NCBI GenBank assembly: GCA_000004695.1
Contig: CM000150.2
Location: 800,001-864,000 of the forward strand
Direction: 5' to 3'
Source: Dictyostelium discoideum
Lineage: Eukaryota
DNA: 64,000 bases
Position 1 is the stretch's first letter. Each line of letters opens with the position of its first letter. The notes under the pieces were generated by a model, which was not told where the DNA came from, ran no database searches, and saw nothing but the letters and a program-made list of their open reading frames with translations. This document shows positions 36,793-47,600 of this stretch, in pieces. Both the position numbers and the translations under genes were made by a program.

Positions 36793-39700
36793 TGGAACAA
36801 TTAAAATTATTACTATGGAACTGCAGAGGTAATCAATCAACCAAGGCTAAGAATAAAACAGAAGAAACGATAAAAAGAATTGGCACTCAATTAGCACTCC
36901 TAACTGAAACTAATTTCAATGGATTCAACCACCACAAAACAATGTTCAACTTTGAAAGAATAGATCATGGTTCAGGTAAAGGAACTGGCATAGCAATAGA
37001 AAATAGAGATACAAGAAAAGGCCACATATCAATAAACTTCAAAGACGATGATGGTAGAATACTATCAATTAAATACAATTCCTTTAATTCTATCAACATA
37101 TTATTGATCTATGCTCCAGCGACTATATCTGAAAGAAACACCTTCATAATCAACTCAAAATCACTGTTTAAAAAATATAATTCAATCAACCATCAAATAA
37201 TAGCAGGCGACTTCAATAACAACCACGATTGCAACAGCTTCTTCGGTAATGAATTACGTAAAATAATAGACCGAAACATGCTACTAGATACTGGTATTGA
37301 AGAAAACACTCCAACATTTCCAAGATCAATGAAGAGACTAGATAGAATCTACTGTCATCCAACACTACTAAACCAAAATTCAAAACTGGTAGTCCACAAA
37401 ACAGTATTTAACAAATCAGATCACTTTCCCATCACAATCGCAATACAAACCAACAGAGAAACAACAACAACAACAACAACCAAACTAGAAAGACTCCCTT
37501 GGACATTATGTAAAGAAATTCTCAACAACAAACATATACATGATGGGTTATCAGAATTAATCAGTAAGAACAAAGATAAGATCAAATCAGTGGAGGAATG
37601 GACGAAATTTAAAAATAATGTCATCAGAGATTATTTAAAAAAAGAACAAAACAAAATTAAGAAAGAAAAGAACAAAAGAAAATACGTAATCCACAAATTA
37701 CTTGGAAATAGTGATATCATTCCAAAGATGAGAAAAGAACTCAATGAAGAAATAAGTAGAATATTAGAAGAAGAAAGAAAGGTAAAAGCATGGGATATCA
37801 AATTAAAACTCCACCTGCATCAAGAAACACCAAGCAAATACCTCACAAGTATCCTTAAATCCAGAGCCAAAGATAAATCAATATTCCAAATAAAAGATAA
37901 AGATAATAAGACCATATCAGATAAAGAGAATATAGCAAAAAGATTTGTTGAATTCTATCAAGATCAATATGAAGAGAAAGAAGATAACGAAGAAACCCAC
38001 AAGAAGTTATTAGAAAAATGGGAAGTAGACGTTGATTTAATCAAGAAACTCGAGATAGACAGACCGATAAGAATACATGAAGTGACCAAAGCAATCAAAA
38101 CTTCAAGTATCCACAAATCTCCAGGTTTAGACGGTATCAATGCACTATTCTACAAGTACCACATCAACTCAATAGCAAGAATATTGACTATAGCTTTCAA
38201 CGACCTCCTCACAAATAAGAAAGAAATCCCCACAAAATTCAAAGAAGGAGTAATAACAACAATATTCAAAAAAGGAGATGAACTAAACATTTCAAATAGA
38301 AGACCAATCACCCTTCTCAATACAGATTACAAAATTTTAAGCAAAATTCTCAACAGTAGATTATTAGATATCACCAGTAAAATTATCAACAAATTTCAAA
38401 ACGGCTTTGTTCCAAACAGGTTCATCCAAGACAATATTCAGATCATGAAGGAAGTAATAGAAATAAGTAACAAAAGAAAGAACAATACACTCATTACCTT
38501 TTACGATTTTAACAAAGCATTCGATTCAATCAGCCACAAGAGTATCACAAGAACATTAGAGCATATTGGTATCCCCCCAAAATTCACAGCGATCCTACTA
38601 AACCTACTCAAAGATACTAAAAACAAAATAAAGATCAACGACTTTTTAGTCAATGGAATAACAATCAGAAGAGGAACAAAACAAGGAGACCCAATATCAC
38701 CAACAATCTTTGCTCTAGTTTTAGAACCACTTCTAATAGATATCATCAATGATAATACAATCAAAGGCTTCACTCTACCAAATTCCAAATCATTAAAACT
38801 CACTGCATTTGCTGACGACATAGCAACATTTACAAACTCCACAGAAGAACTAATGAAAATTAATACTAAAATCCAAAAGTACTGCTCAGCAACATCATCA
38901 TCGTTAAACAAAGAGAAAACAGTAATGATAGCAATAGGAGATAAACCACACGATCTACCATTCCAAGAGAGTACAGTCCCAGAAAGATATCTTGGCCTCA
39001 ATTTCACCAAAACAGGTTTAAATTCAAAATACAACACTTTAATCCAAGAAATGAAAAACAATCTAATCAAATGGAAATCACAAGCAATAACGATGAAGGC
39101 AAAGATGACAATTCTCAAAACATACGTTCTATCCAAATTAACATACCATCAATACATGGATAATCTAAATGAAGAACAAATTGAGGAAATCAATAACATG
39201 ACCAGATGGTTCTTATTCTCCTCAGTTAAGAATACATATACAGAAGAGAGAAAATACAAAACTATGATGAAAATAGACAGAGCATATGCAGATTGGAAAG
39301 AAGGAGGCATAAAATTATGGGATATAGAACTAAGACATATAGCATTCAAAATCTGGTACATGAACAGGCTACTCCATAACAACTACAACAACAACAACAA
39401 TACCTTACAAGAATGGTACATGGAGCAATTAAGTAGAAAAAAAGCCCACACTTCAACCCTCAACGATATGTGCAGACACTGGGGTGTATTCAGAGTCAAA
39501 TTTTACCAAAACCATCCAAAGATAAATGAACTTCCAGACTGTATAAGAAACGACAATGACGAACCACTAAAACTGAAAGAAATTTACGAACTCATGATCA
39601 AAGACAGACACCCAACACCAAGAAGAACAGAATGGCAGAAGTTATGGGCGGTGAGATACAACACAGCAATACCCAAAGTATTCATAAACATCAACAGCAT

Positions 39701-40235
39701 TTCTCACCAAAAAGGTAGAAACACCCTCTTCAGATTCTTCTCAAGATCACTTCCAGGTATCAACCACGAAAGAGACACCAGATGCAAGATCTGTGGCCAC
39801 CTATTCAGAGACCCTTATTCTCACCTCTTCACTCTATGCCAAGATATCCTTGATATTGAAAAAACCATCATATCAACAGTTAACAAATTATCATTCACCA
39901 AAATCCACAGATGGTCAATGGATACCTTAGACATATCAAAATACAACAGAACTGAGAGAATCTTCCCCAATCTCATAGGAATAATAGCACACCAATTATG
40001 GAAGATAATCTGTCACAAATTGTTCAACACTGATGAAAGCAAACCAGAGCCAAAATTCGAACAAAAGGTCATAGAAACAGAATTACTAAATCTCATCGAA
40101 ACTGAAAAATTCATCACACTAAAGAAAATCAAACACGACGAAGCAATACTAAAAAACACCAATCAAGATCTTCACAAATACAAATTCAACAAAGCCTGGC
40201 AAACCCCAGCAGCTCCGAACCCTCTTCCAATTTAA
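36792..40235 (+). CDS. TRE3 #1 ORF2 (apurinic-endonuclease-like endonuclease plus reverse transcriptase plus C-terminal Cys/His region)
   Basis: The N-terminal endonuclease reads LLLWNCRGNQS..LALLTETN..DRIYCHP..SDHFPI. The reverse-transcriptase blocks are PGLDGINALFYKY, TLLNTDYKILSKILNSRL, FYDFNKAFDSISH, AFADDIATF and the ..HLFTLCQDIL.. HxxxC region. Confidence 0.85.
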   Translation: MEQLKLLLWNCRGNQSTKAKNKTEETIKRIGTQLALLTETNFNGFNHHKTMFNFERIDHGSGKGTGIAIENRDTRKGHISINFKDDDGRILSIKYNSFNSINILLIYAPATISERNTFIINSKSLFKKYNSINHQIIAGDFNNNHDCNSFFGNELRKIIDRNMLLDTGIEENTPTFPRSMKRLDRIYCHPTLLNQNSKLVVHKTVFNKSDHFPITIAIQTNRETTTTTTTKLERLPWTLCKEILNNKHIHDGLSELISKNKDKIKSVEEWTKFKNNVIRDYLKKEQNKIKKEKNKRKYVIHKLLGNSDIIPKMRKELNEEISRILEEERKVKAWDIKLKLHLHQETPSKYLTSILKSRAKDKSIFQIKDKDNKTISDKENIAKRFVEFYQDQYEEKEDNEETHKKLLEKWEVDVDLIKKLEIDRPIRIHEVTKAIKTSSIHKSPGLDGINALFYKYHINSIARILTIAFNDLLTNKKEIPTKFKEGVITTIFKKGDELNISNRRPITLLNTDYKILSKILNSRLLDITSKIINKFQNGFVPNRFIQDNIQIMKEVIEISNKRKNNTLITFYDFNKAFDSISHKSITRTLEHIGIPPKFTAILLNLLKDTKNKIKINDFLVNGITIRRGTKQGDPISPTIFALVLEPLLIDIINDNTIKGFTLPNSKSLKLTAFADDIATFTNSTEELMKINTKIQKYCSATSSSLNKEKTVMIAIGDKPHDLPFQESTVPERYLGLNFTKTGLNSKYNTLIQEMKNNLIKWKSQAITMKAKMTILKTYVLSKLTYHQYMDNLNEEQIEEINNMTRWFLFSSVKNTYTEERKYKTMMKIDRAYADWKEGGIKLWDIELRHIAFKIWYMNRLLHNNYNNNNNTLQEWYMEQLSRKKAHTSTLNDMCRHWGVFRVKFYQNHPKINELPDCIRNDNDEPLKLKEIYELMIKDRHPTPRRTEWQKLWAVRYNTAIPKVFININSISHQKGRNTLFRFFSRSLPGINHERDTRCKICGHLFRDPYSHLFTLCQDILDIEKTIISTVNKLSFTKIHRWSMDTLDISKYNRTERIFPNLIGIIAHQLWKIICHKLFNTDESKPEPKFEQKVIETELLNLIETEKFITLKKIKHDEAILKNTNQDLHKYKFNKAWQTPAAPNPLPI

Positions 40236-40240
40236 GTAGT

Positions 40241-40315
<75 letters not shown>

Positions 40316-40320
<5 letters not shown>

Positions 40321-40819
40321 TAATATAGTTTAAAAAATTTAATACAATTGAATAATAAAAATAAAACCGTTTAACAAACACCGCCGAAAAGACACAAGGA
40401 CATTCCTTGAAGGTCTGATCACAGGTAAAAAAAAAAAAAAAAAAAAAAGACAACATAGCACTAACTCCCAACATCGGAACTTGGGTGTGCAACCAATTGT
40501 AAAACGATGAACCGTCTTAAGATGGAAAGCTCTCTTAATCGGCCTTACTTAATAAATGGAACAAACTAGCCACCCTAGAATATATAAAAAGATTTAAAAT
40601 TAACTCTTTCAAAAGATCCGAGTAATTTTAACGACCCAAATAATTTCCTTAAACAAAAAATCAAATTTAGGAAACTAACTTGCAAAGTATATTGTATTCC
40701 AGAATCAATTCTCCTGAATCTTATCTCATTCAGCCAATTTATCTAAAAAACTAAAATTTTATTCAATAGTAAATACCAACGAGTTTTAAAATTGATATAA
40801 TCAATTCTACAAAAAAAAA

Positions 40820-40851
<32 letters not shown>

Positions 40852-41640
40852 AAAAAAAAAAATCTTTACTTTTTAAAATTAAAATACATATATAAACTAT
40901 TAATTATTGTTTATTTCCTTTAATTGATAAACTGTGACTAATCAATATATATAAAAAAAAGAAAGGATAAAAACTTTCATATTCTTTCGACTCCCTTTAA
41001 TTAACAAATGTTACAAACTTGTCACTCATTAATATATCAAAAATGAAGAAAAATTTAAATTATCCCATCCAAAAGATTCAAGCGATTTCAAAAATCCAAA
41101 ATATTTCCTTAATATAATATAAAGATTAAGAAAACTAACATGCAAAGCTTATTGTATTCCAGAATCAGTGCTTCCCAATATTGTATCATTTGCCAATTCA
41201 TATTATTAAACACAATTTCAATATTTAATTTATCTATTTTATTCATTTAATTGAAATACAAACATTTCTAAAACTGGATATTTTAAAAACAATAATAATG
41301 CACTATATTTTAAAAATTAAAATTTATTTTTTGTCAACTAAAAAAAAGAATCCGAAAAGATTCTTATAGAAACTATGTCTCAATCATTATCCACCGCACA
41401 TGGATATGCAAAATTCTGTTCAACTCAACCCTACACAAAAGAGCATTATTTCCTTACTCCGAGGACAAATAAACTTCAAAGGTATCCACCATAAGTGGAT
41501 AAACCTAATGAATCTCAAACTCTCCAAAATATCCCAGAAACTCAAAGGTTTGTTACCTTAAATACTCAGCCTTAATTACCATTAAAACATTAAAAAAAAT
41601 AAAAAGGTTTATTACCTAAAATTAAAATTGTTTTTTTTTT
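40316..41640 (+). mobile_element. Tandem array of 5'-truncated TRE3 3'-end fragments (at least three) behind the full-length copy.
   Basis: A 5' leader motif aaagacaacatagcac sits at 40447. Three separate stretches homologous to the ORF2 C-terminal/3'UTR region start at ~40550, ~41040 and ~41340. Each reads (..ctagaatatataaaaa.. / ..ctaacatgcaaagcttattgtattccagaatca..) and each ends in an A-run. Confidence 0.6.
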
Positions 41641-41785
41641 GTTAAAAAACTCACTATTAATCGTTTTTTTAAAGTTTTTTTTTAATATTATTATTAGATT
41701 ATTTTTATATTATTGGTATTATTATTATTTTATTATTATTTTAAATAAGAAGTTAATTTAAAAAACTAAAAACGTTTTTTTTGAT

Positions 41786-42498
41786 AACCCAATTATTATT
41801 TGCTTCTCCCGTCGGCTTCGTGATTGATGTTGACGACATATTTGAATTATTTTTTTTTTATTTGAGTTTTGTCTACAATTTCTCTTATTTTTTGTAGGCA
41901 TTTGTTTTTCTTAATATTTGTGGTGTTGTTTGTAATTTTCATCTTATTTTCTTTCTATTTTTTTATTTTACTTTAACTTGAGTTACCAGGTTTTTTTTTT
42001 TTTTTTTTTTTTAGTATTATTATTTATAGAGAGTACTGAGTGAATTATTGTATTTTTTGAGATGTTTGGGAAGTGCTATTGCGTGAAGTGGTGAGTTCCA
42101 TTGTTTGCTGAATTGTAATAGTATTAGCGAGAGTCTAGTTTGTTTTGTTCTTCTGGCCGTTGGTTTGATTTGGTCCTTAATGTTTTGTTTACCGATTGTG
42201 TCCTGTCCCATGCAGCCCTTTGTGTTTTAATCAGTTCTCGTATGACTTGTTTTCTATGTATTATTATTTCTTTTTAGTCGTGGATGAGCAACAGTATGGC
42301 GTGTCTTTAAGGTTGATGGTGCGTAAAAAACTTTTTTTTTTTTTGAATTGGATAACGCAATTATTATTTGCTTCTCCTTGAGATGCTAGATCTCATTTTA
42401 TTTTATTTTATTTTTATTTTTTACAGGGGGTGTGCGTAATTTTTTTTTTTTTTTAATAACATCACTCAATTTGAGTGTGTTCTAGGAGAGTTTATTTG

Positions 42499-42532
<34 letters not shown>

Positions 42533-42655
42533 CTTTTTTTCTTGTTATTCTTATTTTTTTTTTTTTTATTATTATTATATTATTATTATTATTATTATAT
42601 TATTATTATTATATTATTATTATTATTATATTATTATTATTATTATTATTGTTAT

Positions 42656-42694
<39 letters not shown>

Positions 42695-43157
42695 AGTAGT
42701 TGGTGTTATATGAGCAGTATGGTATGAAGTGTTCCGGGATTTTTATGGTCATGAGTTTCGAGTTCCAGTTGTGGCTGAATTTTTCGAGTCTTCTTTTTAT
42801 TGATGCGGTCCGATTGATTGACTCTCGGTTATCAGTGCATCTTAGTTCTTGACGTAGTTGTTTTTCTACTATCTTTCTTGTTCTATCCCATTCGGCATCT
42901 CTCGCTTTTTTTATTTTATGAATTATTTGGTTCTCTGTTATTATTGTAGTGTTATCGTTGAATTTTATTTGATTTCTTCTGTACCATATCGATTCCATAA
43001 TGGCTCCTATCAGATTTGATGAGAATGGTGTGAGTAGTTTTCCGAGAACTTTTTCGCTCCATGGACCGTGGTAAGTGTTGTTGGAGTCTTTACAGACCTT
43101 TTGATAGATTGAGTCGATATTCTGTTTTATTGATTTGCATTCGAAGAAGATGTGCAT
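41786..43157 (-). mobile_element. Minus-strand non-LTR retrotransposon remnants lying 58 bp upstream of tRNA-Pro #2, in a TRE5-like (5'-of-tRNA) position and in head-to-head orientation. They comprise an ORF2 C-terminal fragment (42690..43157) plus 3'-terminal sequence.
   Basis: The minus ORF ..HIFFECKSIKQNIDSIYQKVCKD..WYRRNQIKFND.. carries the HxxxC Cys/His motif typical of the ORF2 C-terminus in L1-like elements. Compare HLFTLCQ and HLFFNCQ in the two TRE3 ORF2s. A 28-bp terminal motif, gataacNcaattattatttgcttctcc, occurs twice at 41786 and 42351, each abutting an A-run on the minus strand. This suggests two tandem 3' termini. Confidence 0.45.
42690..43157 (-). pseudogene. Truncated retroelement ORF2 C-terminal fragment (Cys/His region)
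   Basis: See the parent element. There is no N-terminal endonuclease or reverse-transcriptase portion, and the fragment is in frame only from 43157 downward. Confidence 0.5.
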
Positions 43158-43215
43158 AGTGTGCGTAAAAAACTAAAAATGCTTTCAGCTAAAAAAATTT
43201 AAAAAACATCAAAAT

Positions 43216-43286
43216 GGGAGATTAGTTAAGTGGTATAATGCTACCTTTGGGTGGTAGCGTCCTGAGTTCGATTCTCGGATCTCCCC
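43216..43286 (+). tRNA. tRNA-Pro (anticodon UGG), second identical copy.
   Basis: The 71-nt sequence is identical to 35755..35825, and the flanks are similar (aaaaNcatcaaaat upstream, T-run plus exB downstream). Confidence 0.85.
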
Positions 43287-43314
43287 ACATTTTTTTTAAA
43301 AACCGTTGATCACA

Positions 43315-43324
43315 GGTTCGAATC
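43315..43324 (+). promoter_or_regulatory. External B box (GGTTCGAATC), 29 bp downstream of tRNA-Pro #2.
   Basis: The sequence cacaGGTTCGAATCttc. Confidence 0.6.
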
Positions 43325-43414
43325 TTCAACTACCTCAAATACATTCATTCCTCTTAATTTTACCCTTTTTTTGCTCATTAAAGCAAGGGCTATCGTCCTA
43401 TATACTTTTCAACA

Positions 43415-44623
43415 ATGGCTGATGATCACTCAACTGAATTACAGTTAAATCATACAGATAACAACACGACCAATACAAATAATACCTCCACAACCTCAAC
43501 AACAAAAAATAAAAGTGCAAAAATCGACACACCTAAAAAACAAACCCCAACAAACCAACTCTCACTAAACAAAGGACTTGATAATCAATTAGATATCATT
43601 GCACCTCCATCAATCACAAGACCACTCTCTTTCTTAGAAAAAAACAATAACACCATCAACATTAAGTGTTACTTTAATCAACCACACATCCGTGAAGAAT
43701 TAACCTCAAAAGATGACACAAGAATTCAACAAATTCACAAAAACATTCACAAACTCTTCGAAGATATACTGTCGCCATCAGCATTCAAAATAATTGGTGC
43801 AACTGCCTTCGTAAATTGCAACGTTGATAAATTAACTTCAATAATCAACCTTCAAAACCAACTTGCACTAAATATCGACAAACTCAACTATAGATTCGAT
43901 ATATCATCAAATGATTATGCAATCATTAAAACATTCATTAAAACGTACTCACCCAAACATGCAAACGATGCAATTACAAACAACCTCACTAAATTCACCA
44001 GTTGTACATCAATTGAATCATTTACTGTCACATACTCATATGCTGTTGCGTTTAAAAGCTACATTATAACATATCATCTAATTGATCACACACACAACAT
44101 TATTGATCAAAAGATCGAACAACCATCTGGTATCACAAGATATATCAAAGCTGCAACACGTAGTGTCACTAAACACAAAATTCAACATGCAAAAAATGCA
44201 GATATGGCAACAACTATAAAAAATGCCATCACAAACCCAAACATGAACAAAAACAATCAACCACCAAAAAACAACATTAACACCCCACCAATCAACGAAA
44301 TTGCAAATTCCAATCGCAATAATAACTCACTTCAAAATAGTGGTTCAAAAGCTATACTAAATGAATCACTTGATATTAACAATCAATCCCAAAACAATAA
44401 TGAAATTTCACACAAAAGTGATTCTTCAAATAATAATAACGGGAAAAACTCTTTATCAATGAGCAATCCAACCGATCCAACAATTGTACCACAAAAACCT
44501 CTACAATCTCAACCAAACAAACCAAGTGCACCAACTCCAAATACAATAAATACAAGAAGAAGCAGCAATGCCCTGACTACACAACCAGTCAATACTGGTG
44601 CTGCCAAACCTAGTAAGGTATGA
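43415..44623 (+). CDS. TRE3 #2 ORF1
   Basis: 402 aa with a Thr/Asn-rich N-terminus and basic patches. Its stop TGA overlaps the ORF2 start (ATGA), giving a -1 frame relationship. Confidence 0.7.
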   Translation: MADDHSTELQLNHTDNNTTNTNNTSTTSTTKNKSAKIDTPKKQTPTNQLSLNKGLDNQLDIIAPPSITRPLSFLEKNNNTINIKCYFNQPHIREELTSKDDTRIQQIHKNIHKLFEDILSPSAFKIIGATAFVNCNVDKLTSIINLQNQLALNIDKLNYRFDISSNDYAIIKTFIKTYSPKHANDAITNNLTKFTSCTSIESFTVTYSYAVAFKSYIITYHLIDHTHNIIDQKIEQPSGITRYIKAATRSVTKHKIQHAKNADMATTIKNAITNPNMNKNNQPPKNNINTPPINEIANSNRNNNSLQNSGSKAILNESLDINNQSQNNNEISHKSDSSNNNNGKNSLSMSNPTDPTIVPQKPLQSQPNKPSAPTPNTINTRRSSNALTTQPVNTGAAKPSKV

Positions 44624-47600
44624 GCTCAAAAATCAACTTTATAACATGGAATTGTAGAGGATTCACTGAAAACCCAAACAATCAACACAATTCCTACCAA
44701 AAAGCTGTTGACACACTACAACTACTTATATCAAAACTTCCACCTCGTCCAACAATCTCAATACTCACTGAACTCAATTCATCACCATTACAACTTAAAC
44801 ATGATTTTCCCGATCACATCATCTCTGTCACCAAACGAGGAAATGGTGTAATCATCATTAACCATAACCCAAACACACTCAAACTCAAACACATATCAAC
44901 AATTGATGGTAGAGCTATTTTAGCAGACGTTATATTTCCAAATCAATTACCAATTGGTATTCTTGGAATTTACGCACCAGCATCAAATAATACCATCAAA
45001 AAGAATTCATATGCAACTTCACTACAAACACTTCTCCACAACCACTCAACAAACCCAATACCAAACCAATCCCAACATGTATCTATTATCGCAGGAGATT
45101 TCAACTGTATCCACAACGACAATTCACTATTAGATGATATTATCCAATCCTACACATACCAACACCATCTAATTGATCAAGGTGAATTTAAAAACACTCC
45201 AACTCATACACATGGCAACAGATTAGATAGAATATATACTCAATACAATAGAATAGACCCTGAAAATATATATACACAAGTCCACCAAATTCCATCTTCA
45301 TTATCAGATCATAATCCAATATCAACAACAATTTCTTCACCTTTTCAAATAAATAAACATAAGAAAAGATGGATATTATCACCTGGTACTGCAAATGACC
45401 ATGAAGCAATCAATATTATCAATCATTTAATAACTAATCACAATAACACATCAATCAATCAATTTACAAACTGGTCAAAAGTAAAATCAAAAATTATAAA
45501 AACTCTAAAAAACTATCAATATAACAAAGACAAACAAACTCAACGTGCAAAACAAATACTATTAGAAAAAGCAGCAAAATTCAAACATCTTGAAGAACAA
45601 TGCATCGCTGAATACAATATTATATGTAACAAAAACAAACTACATCAAAACCACACAAACATATTAAAAAAACATATAAATGGAGAAATACCTAGCAAGT
45701 ATCTATCAGCAATACTAAACAAAAGATCAAAAGATGCAAAAATTGAATCAATCCAATATGGTAACATCATTACATCCGACCCCGACCAAATTGAAAATGC
45801 GTTTGTTGAATTCTACACAAATCTATATAGCTTACAAATATGTTGTCCAATTACTCACCAGCTCATGCTAAACACATGGCCCATCATAAAAAATGAATAT
45901 TGGAATGGTTTAGACTCACCATTTATACAAGATGAAGTTGAAGCTGCAATTAAAACCTGTAACCCCAACAAATCACCCGGTCCAGATGGCGTTACAAATG
46001 CATTCTACATTAATCATTTAAACCAAGTTAAACCAATTCTCACTACATTATTCAACGATATACTAGAAAATCCTCACCACATCACAACAGAATTCACAGA
46101 AGGTCTTATACACACAATATACAAGAAAGGCAACCCCTTACTCATATCAAATCGTCGTCCCATTACACTTCTAAACACTGATTACAAGATCCTCTCAAAA
46201 GTAATCAATGCACGTCTTCTGAGAATACTTCCTTTCATCATCAACAACAACCAAACTGGTTTCGTACCCCACAGATTCATCATAGACAACATCATCAACA
46301 TCAATGAATTAATCAACTACCTCAAATCTAAAAACCTCCCTGGTATCATCACACTATTTGACTTCTTTAAAGCATTTGATTCTATCTCTCACGATAGCAT
46401 TAAAAGAACATTAATTCATATTGGTATACCAATAAAATTAATAAATTTAATCCACAAGCTATTATCTGACTCACAAGCAAAAATTTCAATTAATGGTAAA
46501 ACGACCAGAAAATTCGATATTAAAAGAGGTGTAAAACAAGGTGACCCAATCTCAGCCACTTTATTTGTAATTGTAATTGAAATATTAGCAAGAACAATAA
46601 ATGCAGACAATTCAATAATTGGATTACCAATTTCACCCAATCCACAAATTAAAATTAAATTTACCCAATTTGCAGACGACTCTACAACATACAACATCAA
46701 CTACGAACAACAACAACAATCAATCAAACATTTCGATAATTTCTGCGCTTCAACATCATCATCATTAAATTTTGACAAAAGTGCAATAATAGAAATCAAC
46801 CCCCACAAAATCACTGATAAACACATAATAAACAACATTCCACAATCAAAAAGAATTCCAATAACCAAAAAAGATCAATCAGAAAGAGTTCTTGGCTATT
46901 TCTTTAATCATAATGGTTTACATAGGAAATTACCAGAAACAATGAAAACACTGATTAAATCATTAGTGCTATGGAAAACTAGTGGCACAACATTAAAAAC
47001 AAAAACAACCATCATAAACACCTACTCACTATCACCAATAACATATTTATCATACCTTGAAGAATTTACAAAAGATGAAGAAATTCAAATTAATAAATTA
47101 ATCTCATGGTTTATGAATTCTCCCGCAAATTCTGAATCACCAACTCTCGATACCAATTCCATTGAAAAAAACACATCAACCATCCATTCACGTGCAAAAA
47201 TACCTTTGATGTGTTATGATAGATCATTAAAACCATTAAAAGAAGGTGGTTGGGGTATGTGGAATATACAATTACGACAAGTTGCTCAAAAGATTTGGAT
47301 ATACAACAGATTTTTACAAATGCATAAATCTGCAAACAATTCAATATACATGATAAGTTGGATGGATCAAATCATCAACAAATCAATCTCTTCTCCATAC
47401 CTTATAAAAATCAAAAAAGAATGGGAAAACTATGCAACTCAAATTGGACATCTAAAAGATAAAGTTCAAATCCTACAACCAATATTAACAAAAAACCAAC
47501 CCTCTCAAACATTAAACACAAATAATATTTCACTACCACCAACACTCAAAGAAATCTACTCGACAATACTAAACAATCACCAATGCAAATCAAAAGACTA

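Larger units (their letters stand above)
35893..40315 (+). mobile_element. Full-length TRE3-type non-LTR retrotransposon #1 (tRNA-gene-targeted retroelement; 3'-of-tRNA class). It ends in a ~70-nt poly(A) tail at 40245..40315.
   Basis: The 5' end gacaacatagcac recurs at 40447, where another truncated copy starts. It has a two-ORF L1-like organisation: ORF1 then ORF2 with an APE-like endonuclease and a reverse transcriptase. The orientation matches the tRNA, it lies just past the exB box, and it has a long A-tail. Confidence 0.8.

Noticed and set aside
41340-41470. Short plus-strand ORF, MSQSLSTAHGYAKFCSTQPYTKEHYF..
   Set aside because: It lies inside the TRE3 3'-terminal fragment array and shares the ..ctcagcctt.. 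terminus motif with 49200..49215. It is most likely non-coding UTR or module sequence.
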